Shown: one piece after another, positions 44,715 to 52,470 of the stretch
Layout: every line of letters starts with the position of its first letter
Numbering within the stretch: the stretch's first letter is position 1
NCBI GenBank assembly: GCA_050181465.1
Contig: JBFXDD010000008.1
Location: 64,325-128,324, forward strand
Source: Planctomycetota bacterium
GTDB lineage: Bacteria; Planctomycetota; UBA1135; UBA2386
Direction of reading: 5' to 3'
DNA: 64,000 nucleotides
The notes under the pieces: model-generated
Told to the model about the DNA's origin: nothing
The model's database searches: none
The model's input: only the letters and a program-made list of their open reading frames with translations
Program-made: the position numbers and the translations under genes

Positions 44715-45314
44715 ATGAGCAGCGATGAGGAGTTGGCCCACGCACTCGATGCGTTGCGGATCGCGAAGCGACGAAGATTCCGCGATCCGGCGGACCTGGA
44801 GGACATTCTCCAGGATGTGGCGATGCGATTCGTTCGGGCCGTTGCGAGGGGAGTGATCGTACGCTCACCCCTCGCGTTTCTCCGGGAAGCGTGGCCGACG
44901 GAGTTCGCGCGCTGGTTGCGGTCGCGGATGAGGTCGACTGGACGAGCCTCTCGAGGTCTGGATGAACTTCCGGAGTTCGTGGTCGACGACTCACTGGAGA
45001 GCCCGACCGAGTCGCGGATTCGAGCTGCGGGGTATCGGCTACCCGAGCCGCTTCGAAGCTGGTTCGACGACCTCCTCTCCGGCAGGAGTGATGCTGCGCT
45101 CGCGGCAAGAGATGGCGTGAGTGAAGCGGCGATTCGCCGGCGTTGGCGGCGACTGCGCGCGCACTTCGAGACGGCGAGCACCCTGGAGGATTTCCTAGAA
45201 CTACCGCTTACAAATCCGGCGACAAGTGCATCTATGGGGGTGGAAGCGACCGATTCGCAGTCGATCGTCGAAGTCCCCAGTCCCCAGTCCCCAGTCCCAG
45301 ATCCCGAGCCGTGA
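44715..45314 (+). CDS. Divergent sigma-70/ECF-like protein
   Basis: Region-2-like DPADLEDILQDVAMRFVRA...FARWLRSR and region-4-like LPEPLRSWFDDLLSGRSDAALAARDGVSEAAIRRRWRRLRAHF. Pro/Ser-rich tail. The assignment is tentative. Confidence 0.55.
   Translation: MSSDEELAHALDALRIAKRRRFRDPADLEDILQDVAMRFVRAVARGVIVRSPLAFLREAWPTEFARWLRSRMRSTGRASRGLDELPEFVVDDSLESPTESRIRAAGYRLPEPLRSWFDDLLSGRSDAALAARDGVSEAAIRRRWRRLRAHFETASTLEDFLELPLTNPATSASMGVEATDSQSIVEVPSPQSPVPDPEP
45273..45299 (+). repeat. Heptanucleotide tandem repeat (GTCCCCA x3 plus a 6-nt partial unit)
   Basis: GTCCCCA GTCCCCA GTCCCCA GTCCCA lies inside the last 14 codons of the sigma-like gene (encoding VPSPQSPVP). Confidence 0.85.
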
Positions 45315-45726
45315 ATTGCCCGCAGACTGATGCCCGCCGTCATCCAGCCCGTCTCGGGCATGGCTCGTCGCGACGCTTCGGGCTCTGCGAGAGTTCGCCA
45401 ACGGCATCGGGTCGCTGGAGAATCGGATCGAAGTTCGCAGGGAAGCGGTCGATCCGCGCTCGCCACACTTGCCCGGGCCTCGTTCCAGTCGGGGCTGGCC
45501 GCTTCATGGCATCCGTCGGACCTGTCGGGTCGATTGGTCCGCTCGTCACGACAGGATGTCCGGAGCCTGTCCTGGGGCATTCTTCCAGCAGCTCACCTTC
45601 GAGCCGTTGTCGGAAGCAACCGGACGATACCGAACACAGTCGGTGCGAATCTGGCGCGAACGCGAGTGATCATGCGTTGGCAGGACGCCGGATCGACTCA
45701 ATGCCGCGTGGAGGAGGTCGGAAACC

Positions 45727-46608
45727 GTGAAGGCAACCACCATCGCGTGGAGGCTTGTCGCTGCCGGCGCCGTGATGATCGCGCTCGCGCTAGCTGTGGC
45801 TGCTGCTCTTCAAGGCGACAGGGCGGGCTCGGATCCAAACGCGGTGCGGGTCGCGGAACACGCGGAAGTGGGATCACAGGGCGCGAGCCATCCCAAGGAA
45901 CATGAGCGGTCGAGACCTCACGTGTTGGGCCGATCTGAACTCCCGGTAGAGGGAGCGGTGACGCCCGCGAATCCTCTGGAAGGAACGCCCCCCGCGGAGA
46001 TGCCTCCAGTTGCCGCGGGCTCCAAGTCTTCGGACGAAGCCTCGGAAGATGGAATCGAGGAAGCGCTGGCTTGGATTCGAGAGAGCTGGCGCTGCGATGA
46101 GTTCGCCCGGTGGGTTCTGGAGAATCACCCGGTGTCGAGCGATTCTGCGTACGCGATTTCGGAGTCAGACGCCAGATTTGCTCACGAGTGCGCGACGTTC
46201 GCCCTCTCAGGAGTCTACCGTACTTTTCTCCTCAGCGATCGCTTCCTTCGCGAGAGCGAGACCGAGATCCAGGAAAGCAACTACAGAACTCCTCGTCAGA
46301 AGGAGGCAGCCCTCGCGCATATTCGTAGTCAATCCGATGCGTATATAGCGCTTTTCTCGATGCTTCCGTCGATCCAATCCAAGATTGAATCGGGGGAAAT
46401 CGTTGCCAAAATACGACGAGTCTCGTTGACGTCCGGGAGGTTTCCCGACAAGGTTGGAGCGAAGGTAAACGTCGTGGATATCGACGTGAGAGCGAGAATG
46501 GCTTTATTTGCTCAACGATCGGGCAGTTGGGAGGTGTCCTTTCTCATTCCTGCTCAACTCTTCGATTCGGTCCATCGAGAGCGGCTGTTCCCCTTATCCG
46601 GCAGGTAG
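45727..46608 (+). CDS. Membrane-anchored hypothetical protein, paralog 1
   Basis: GTG start with N-terminal helix WRLVAAGAVMIALALAVAAAL. The conserved C-terminal ~175 aa (ALAWIRESWRCDEFARWVL, ARFAHECATFALSGV, GRFPDKVGAKVNVVDID, RERLFP) are shared with 47412..48299. The 3' half is visibly AT-richer. Confidence 0.7.
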   Translation: MKATTIAWRLVAAGAVMIALALAVAAALQGDRAGSDPNAVRVAEHAEVGSQGASHPKEHERSRPHVLGRSELPVEGAVTPANPLEGTPPAEMPPVAAGSKSSDEASEDGIEEALAWIRESWRCDEFARWVLENHPVSSDSAYAISESDARFAHECATFALSGVYRTFLLSDRFLRESETEIQESNYRTPRQKEAALAHIRSQSDAYIALFSMLPSIQSKIESGEIVAKIRRVSLTSGRFPDKVGAKVNVVDIDVRARMALFAQRSGSWEVSFLIPAQLFDSVHRERLFPLSGR

Positions 46609-46702
46609 TAAGCCGCCGCAGAGGGATTATCCCGAGGGCGCGTTCTTTGTGCAAAGCACAGAGTTTGCGTCCTCATTCACCAGTCAGACAAGGAGTACCG
46701 AA

Positions 46703-47281
46703 ATGCTAACCAAAGTGATAATTACTTGTGTGCCGATCGCCTTGGCTCTCCCAGACGTGAAGCCATCGACCAACCCGCGGCTTGCAACCGAGATCATGCA
46801 GCAGGATTGTGGCTGTGCCTTGCAAGGATGGTCTTCGGGCAGCTTCTCCAACGGATACTCAATTGATATCACGGAATTCGGGGCTTCCGCTGGAGTTGAG
46901 ATCACTTTCGGTAAGAGTGTGCAACTTTCGGAGGACAGGTGTAACTCCGAGTGTGTGCCGTCCGGCCAGGGGTGTGGATTGATCGCAAAGTTCAACATTA
47001 CGGACTTCGGCTCCTTGCCGGGTGGGAAGATATGCGTACCACTTGCGTCGCCGGCCTTCTTCCCCCTTTGTACAACCTCAAGCGTCGGCTCGCTTTACGA
47101 GTGCTGTCGGAGCGGTCAGGACACCGTGGGGCTCGAGTGGCACCTCGAGACGGGGTGCGGCGGTTCGCTGTCTGGAAACGCGCAGCTCTCGGCGGAGATC
47201 GATGGGAACGGGTTCCAGCCGCTCGTCGCGAGTGTCGCATTCGGCTTCGACTGCACCCCGTGTGTGGTGACGCCGAACTGA
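46703..47281 (+). CDS. Cysteine-rich secreted hypothetical protein
   Basis: ATG 46703 with a strong SD, AAGGAG (46690-46695). 192 aa with 13 Cys and a hydrophobic N-terminus (MLTKVIITCVPIALALP). It lies in the lowest-GC part of the window (104/200 G+C for 46681-46880 by hand count). Confidence 0.7.
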   Translation: MLTKVIITCVPIALALPDVKPSTNPRLATEIMQQDCGCALQGWSSGSFSNGYSIDITEFGASAGVEITFGKSVQLSEDRCNSECVPSGQGCGLIAKFNITDFGSLPGGKICVPLASPAFFPLCTTSSVGSLYECCRSGQDTVGLEWHLETGCGGSLSGNAQLSAEIDGNGFQPLVASVAFGFDCTPCVVTPN

Positions 47282-47411
47282 TGCCCTGCAGGTGGGGTGT
47301 GCGGGAACCCTCGGGAAATCCGGCCAGCTCAGGTGCGGGTTGGCCGGCTTCAGCTCCAGGCTGGGGATCGATGCCTGGTCGCGGTCGGCTCACCGAGGTA
47401 CCGTAACGAAG

Positions 47412-48299
47412 GTGAGTGCATCCGCTGGTAGTCACCGGGCACTGGTTGCGGGCATCGTGCTTGCGGCCGTCGCCGCGGCCTTGGGACACGCCTTCGGAAC
47501 GGGCTCGGAGAGCGGAGTTCCCATCGCTGTTCCGAGCGTGGTACTGATGGCGCCGATCGCGGCGGAGGCCCTGCCTCAAAGGGTGAGACTCGAGCCGGAG
47601 AAAACGCCATCGGTCCAAGAAGAGGTCGACGCCGAGGAGCGTCCGAGCGACGAGATCTGCACCGTGGCTACGGCGGACGAGACTCAGACTCCGGACACCG
47701 ACGAAGTGTCGTCGATCGCTGAGGAGCCGGAAGTGGCGCCGGAGGATGTGCTGGCTTGGGTCCGCGAGAGTTGGAGTTGCGATGAATTCACCAAGTGGGT
47801 GCTCGATCACCGTCCGGTTGCTGATCTTCCCGAGGGATACCCCATCACGGCGGTTGATGCACGGTTCGCCCATGAGTGCGCGACGTTCGCGCTGTCGGGG
47901 GTCTTCCGGCGCTTTGTGCTGAGCGAGCGACTGTTCGCGGAAATGGTCACCGATGCCGTGCAACGCAACATCGATCGGCCACGCGTCCGGGAGCTTGCGC
48001 TCTCGTTACTTCGCGAAGAGGCCCTCGCCTACAAGGCGCTTGCCGCGATCCTGCCAACCCTCCAAGCCGGCATTCGTTCTGGGGCTGTAGAAGTACGACT
48101 CCTACGAAGGCCTTTGTTGTCCGGGCGTTACCCCGACAAGGTCGGGGCCAAGATCAATAGTGTGGACGTCGATCCCAGACGACGGACGGTCTTATTTACT
48201 GCGCGGTCGGGCCCCTGGGAGATCTCTCTCCTTGTTCCCGCGCTGCTGTTCGACCCTGCCGATCGGGAGCGGTTGTTTCCGGCGTCGACGCAGAAGTGA
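47412..48299 (+). CDS. Membrane-anchored hypothetical protein, paralog 2
   Basis: GTG 47412 with helix ALVAGIVLAAVAAALGHAF. The C-terminal domain aligns with paralog 1 (VLAWVRESWSCDEFTKWVL, ARFAHECATFALSGV, GRYPDKVGAKINSVDVD, RERLFP). GC is host-like. Confidence 0.75.
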   Translation: MSASAGSHRALVAGIVLAAVAAALGHAFGTGSESGVPIAVPSVVLMAPIAAEALPQRVRLEPEKTPSVQEEVDAEERPSDEICTVATADETQTPDTDEVSSIAEEPEVAPEDVLAWVRESWSCDEFTKWVLDHRPVADLPEGYPITAVDARFAHECATFALSGVFRRFVLSERLFAEMVTDAVQRNIDRPRVRELALSLLREEALAYKALAAILPTLQAGIRSGAVEVRLLRRPLLSGRYPDKVGAKINSVDVDPRRRTVLFTARSGPWEISLLVPALLFDPADRERLFPASTQK

Positions 48300-48568
48300 G
48301 CCGGTGTCGGGAAGCTGCAAGAGGGAACCTGCAACCAGAAATCACTGCCGGAGTCCGTTCGACCAGGGTAGGCCGGTTTGGATGGGAGGTCGTCTCGGGT
48401 AGCTCGAGAGGTCCTGGCGCGCAGGGGTTGCGTCCGAACCGCCCGGCCTTCGCCCGACATCGAGGACCGGCGGGACTCCGGTGCGACCATGCGGGGCGGT
48501 TCGCGTCCGTGCGGCACCCCTCGGCGTGAGGCGCCCGGGGAAGTCAGGGCACCGGCCCTCTTCCTCCG

Positions 48569-48949
48569 ATGAAGGACGGCGTGAGACGCATCCTTCGGTC
48601 CTGGTCGCTCGGGAGCGCCGTGCTCGCCCTCTTGGCCGGCTGCGCGATCGAGCCGCAAGACCCCCGATCGGGCGTGCGTTCTCGCAATCCGATGGCTTGG
48701 AGTACGACGCCGCTGCCGAGTGCCGCGAGCGTCGCGGCTTGGGACGGGACTGCCGTGCGTCTGCTCGAACTCCTGGAGGGTGCGACCCTCGCCGGCGAAG
48801 ACTTCGTCGCCGGGCTGGCCTGGGAGCGGCTGCGGCGAAGGCTCGTGACGGAGCCGCGCCTCGCCGCCCACTGGGAGGACCGCCTCGCCCGCTCGGCACC
48901 GCGCGACCTTCCGGAGCCGGTCTCGATTCCGGCCGCGCCGAAGCGCTGA
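48569..48949 (+). CDS. Lipoprotein, hypothetical
   Basis: MKDGVRRILRSWSLGSAVLALLAGC with lipobox LLAGC. 126 aa. Confidence 0.6.
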   Translation: MKDGVRRILRSWSLGSAVLALLAGCAIEPQDPRSGVRSRNPMAWSTTPLPSAASVAAWDGTAVRLLELLEGATLAGEDFVAGLAWERLRRRLVTEPRLAAHWEDRLARSAPRDLPEPVSIPAAPKR

Positions 48950-49051
48950 TGCCCACAATCGGGACCAGCCCTCAACCTTCCGGCCGGCCGACTCCGATAC
49001 AGCCGATGGTGCGGACGCCAGGCGGCACGCAGCCACGATCTCAGGAGAACC

Positions 49052-50083
49052 ATGCTCAAGCAGCGACGGAGCATCGTCGGACTCGACATCGGCAGCAGCT
49101 CGATCAAGGCGATCGAACTGACGCGTGACAAGTACGACTACATCATCACCGCGTTCGCGCAGATGGACGTTCCGAACGAGCAAGCTCGACGGGATGCCCT
49201 CGCCGACATGTTCCGTTCCGGTGGCTTCCGCACGAAGCGCATCAGCACGGCGGTCAGCGGCAAGAACGTCATCTTCCGCTACATCAACATGGCGCAGATG
49301 TCGAGCGACGAGATGCGCAACGCGGTCCGATTCGAGGCCGACAAGTACATCCCGTTCGACGTCGATGACGTGACGATCGACACGCAGAAGCTCCTGGATC
49401 TCCCGGGCAGCGGCGACGCCGCGTCCTCGGAGATGAAGGTGCTCTTGGTCGCGGCCAAGAACTCGCTGGTCGTCGATCAGGCCGAGATGCTCCAGCAGCT
49501 CGGTCTGCAGCCGTTCAGCACGAGCGTCGACGCGTTTGCGCTGGGCAATGCCTACGAGCTGTCCGACATCGTGAGCCCGGGTCTCCAGGGCAGCGATCAC
49601 ACGATCGCGCTGGTCGACATCGGCGCGGTGAAGACCTCGATCAACATCCTGCGCAACAACGTCACCTACTTCGCCCGCGAAGTACCGGTCGGCGGCCAGG
49701 ACATCACCTCGGCGATCACCCGGCGCTTCGGGCTCGAGGCCTTCGAGGCCGAGGCGCTGAAGCGAGACGCCGGCGAGCAGGTGACCGACGTGCACGACGC
49801 GGTCTCGCCGGTGCTGGACGATCTCGGCAACGAGATCAACCTCTCCTTCGACTTCTTCGAGAACCAGTTCGAAGGCGAGGTCCAGGAAGTGTTCCTCTCC
49901 GGAGGATCCGTGCTGCTGCCATTCCTCGAAGAGAGTCTCGAGAAGATCTTCGAGAAGCGCACGCGAGTTTGGAACCCGATCGAAGGCCTGAAGGTCCGAT
50001 CGGACAACGTCGACATCGATGCCCTCAACGGCGCGGCGCCGCAACTCGCGGTCGCCGTGGGCTTGGCCGCCATCGTGGGCTGA
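49052..50083 (+). CDS. pilM: Type IV pilus assembly protein PilM
   Basis: Actin-like ATPase fold: IVGLDIGSSSIKAIEL, VDIGAVKTSINI, LSGGSVLLP. 343 aa. Confidence 0.93.
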   Translation: MLKQRRSIVGLDIGSSSIKAIELTRDKYDYIITAFAQMDVPNEQARRDALADMFRSGGFRTKRISTAVSGKNVIFRYINMAQMSSDEMRNAVRFEADKYIPFDVDDVTIDTQKLLDLPGSGDAASSEMKVLLVAAKNSLVVDQAEMLQQLGLQPFSTSVDAFALGNAYELSDIVSPGLQGSDHTIALVDIGAVKTSINILRNNVTYFAREVPVGGQDITSAITRRFGLEAFEAEALKRDAGEQVTDVHDAVSPVLDDLGNEINLSFDFFENQFEGEVQEVFLSGGSVLLPFLEESLEKIFEKRTRVWNPIEGLKVRSDNVDIDALNGAAPQLAVAVGLAAIVG

Positions 50084-50109
50084 GGCGAGAGAGCGCGGAC
50101 AGGTAACCC

Positions 50110-50745
50110 ATGATCAGGATCAATCTTCTTCCCGAAGGCATGCGGCGCGCGGAACGCGCGTCGATGAAGGTCTTCGCCGCGACGATGCTCGCGGTCCTAG
50201 TGAGCTGCTGCACACTGGGGTGGTTCGGCTACATGTACTTCGGCGAACTGGAGGAGGCGGAGCGGGAGCGCACTCGCATCGCCGAACAGCTCGCTTCGCT
50301 CAAGGATCGCGTCGCGTATCACGACGCGCTGGTCAAGGAGCAGAAGGACTTCGAGCACCGCAAGCAGACGATCCAGGAGATCGGAAAGTCGCGGGTGCTC
50401 TGGACCAAGATCCTCGACGAGCTCGTCGACGTCGTGAACAACGACGGCGACATCGATCGGCACCGCACCTGGTTCCGCAGCCTCCAGATCCGCGACGGCA
50501 AGGGCGCGAAGGACGGCCCGGCGCTGTCGATGCCCGGTTGGGTGCAGGGTGACTCCGTGAGCCGCGTGGCGGACTTCCACGACGATGTCCAGCGCGCACC
50601 TTTCTACAACAACGTGAAGAAGAAGTCGGTGCCCAACAGCAAGAAGCAGGAAGACCCCACCCGGAAGCCGGCGGAGTCGCTCTACTTCAACTTGGATCTC
50701 GAATTCGTCGCGCCCGAACAGTGGACCGTCGTCGGTCGGAAGTGA
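50110..50745 (+). CDS. pilN: Type IV pilus assembly protein PilN
   Basis: Canonical N-terminus MIRINLLPE followed by one TM helix. 211 aa. Lies directly after pilM. Confidence 0.88.
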   Translation: MIRINLLPEGMRRAERASMKVFAATMLAVLVSCCTLGWFGYMYFGELEEAERERTRIAEQLASLKDRVAYHDALVKEQKDFEHRKQTIQEIGKSRVLWTKILDELVDVVNNDGDIDRHRTWFRSLQIRDGKGAKDGPALSMPGWVQGDSVSRVADFHDDVQRAPFYNNVKKKSVPNSKKQEDPTRKPAESLYFNLDLEFVAPEQWTVVGRK

Positions 50746-50757
50746 GGCCGGATCAAC

Positions 50758-52176
50758 ATGGCGAAACTCAACGAGAAGCAGAGGATCTGGGTCACGATCG
50801 GCGGCGGATTGCTGCTGTCGGCTGCGGCCGGCGGCGGCATCTGGTGGACGCAAGGCTTGATCGAAGAGGTCAAGTCGGCGACCGCCCAGGATCAGACCAC
50901 CATCACGGAGGATCAGAAGAAGATCGAGCGCATCAACGCCCTCGAGTCTTCGGTGATCGTGCTCCGCGAGAACATCGATACGTACTCGAAGATCCTCCCC
51001 AACGACACGGAGGTGAACGACTTCGTCCGCGTTCTCAATCGCTTCGCGACGGCGGCGGACATCGAGTTCAGTGAGACTCAAGTCGGTCAGTCCGGCAAGG
51101 GCGCAAAGGGCAAGTACAGCCACTACAGCTACCGGATCGAGCTGACGGCGAGTCTCTGGCAGTTCCTGAAGTTCACGAACCTGCTGGAGAGCCATGACCG
51201 CTTCATTCGCATCGTGAGCTTCAACCTCAAGGGTGCGGAGCGCGATGAGATTCAGAACGCGTCCCAGCGCGGCAGTGACGCTCGGCACAAGATCTCGATG
51301 GTCATCGAGACCTTCGTCTACGCTGGCGCTGCGGCTGCCAAGAACGTCGAGATCCCGGGTTATGGCCGCAAGCGGGACCGCCTCGAGGCGGAGATCGCTC
51401 GCGGCACGCAAGCCGTCTCGCTCGAGCGCTACGATTACATCGAGAAGATCGGGCGTCGCGACATCTTCGTCGATCCTCGTCCGACGGTCGGCGGTGGCGC
51501 GGGCGGCGACACAGGTCGACACTTCCAGAAGCAGAAGATCGACGAGTACCTGGTGCGGGTGAATGCCGCGAAGGAGATCTTCGAGCGCTGGAAGCAGCCG
51601 GACCTCGACTACGTCTCCAAGGAGACCTTCGCTCGTCGGCTCCGCGAATCGCTGACCGCCCTCGACCAGGAGGTCGCAGCGGTGACGCCGCGGATCTCGA
51701 ACCCGCAACTCGTCGCCGAGTGGAGCAACTCGATCGTGCAACCCATGCGCGAGATGTGGCGTGGTCTGCGCGGTGACCAGCGAGAGGTCCAGCAGAACAT
51801 GATGACAGAGGAGCGGATGCGAGCGCTACTCGGCGAGATGTCCGGAGCGGTCGCACGCGGAGAGATCGAGTCGGCGATGAAGCTGTTCGACGACAACGCC
51901 GATCGACTGCGCTTCCCGGAAGACGATCCGCGCTACGTGACCAGCCTCGAGATCCGCAAAGTCCGCGAAGCGATCCAGATCGCGCGCGAGTTCAGCGACA
52001 TCCCGATGAAGATCGAAGGCGTGGTCGTCGTGGCCGACGGCCGGTCGGGCATCCTCATCAACGGTCGCGTGTTCGAGGAAGGTGAGTACCTCGACAACGA
52101 CCTGTTGGTGAAGACCGTCGGCGCCGAGCAGGCCGACTTCGTGTTCAAGGGCTTCGTGCTTCGCCGCAAGTGGTGA
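50758..52176 (+). CDS. PilO-like protein with long extension and PilP-like C-terminal beta domain
   Basis: N-terminal TM helix IWVTIGGGLLLSAAAGGGIWW and a coiled coil (PilO-like position and topology). The C-terminus, PMKIEGVVVVADGRSGILINGRVFEEGEYLDNDLLVKTVGAEQADFVFKGFVL, resembles PilP. 472 aa. No separate pilP gene is present. Confidence 0.65.
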   Translation: MAKLNEKQRIWVTIGGGLLLSAAAGGGIWWTQGLIEEVKSATAQDQTTITEDQKKIERINALESSVIVLRENIDTYSKILPNDTEVNDFVRVLNRFATAADIEFSETQVGQSGKGAKGKYSHYSYRIELTASLWQFLKFTNLLESHDRFIRIVSFNLKGAERDEIQNASQRGSDARHKISMVIETFVYAGAAAAKNVEIPGYGRKRDRLEAEIARGTQAVSLERYDYIEKIGRRDIFVDPRPTVGGGAGGDTGRHFQKQKIDEYLVRVNAAKEIFERWKQPDLDYVSKETFARRLRESLTALDQEVAAVTPRISNPQLVAEWSNSIVQPMREMWRGLRGDQREVQQNMMTEERMRALLGEMSGAVARGEIESAMKLFDDNADRLRFPEDDPRYVTSLEIRKVREAIQIAREFSDIPMKIEGVVVVADGRSGILINGRVFEEGEYLDNDLLVKTVGAEQADFVFKGFVLRRKW

Positions 52177-52470
52177 AGCGATCGCGCGACGCGCGCCTCG
52201 GTGCGCGTCGCCCCCTTCGCGTGACCTCGCCGTGACGGCTGGAGGACCGCAACACGGCCCGCATCGGGCCCAGTCGCTCGTCTGCGGTGCCTGATCCCCG
52301 GCATCGCCCCTGCGCGCGGCGACGGCAGAGCGCGAGCGCGAAGGAATCCGTGTCACCGAAAGATCAAGCCGCCGCCCCACGGATGCCGATGAACCGAAAG
52401 CAGGATCACGGGTCCGCGAAGTGACCCATCGGCGAAACGCCAGCCCGCGGTGACGGGCAAGAGGAAACCA

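Noticed and set aside
45315-45726. ORFs 45330..45905, 45340..45549 and 45546..45743 in the gap between the sigma-like gene and paralog 1.
   Set aside because: They overlap one another on both strands, lack start-site signals and recognisable motifs, and one runs into the well-supported 45727 gene. The 412-nt gap may be regulatory, but I cannot support a gene there.
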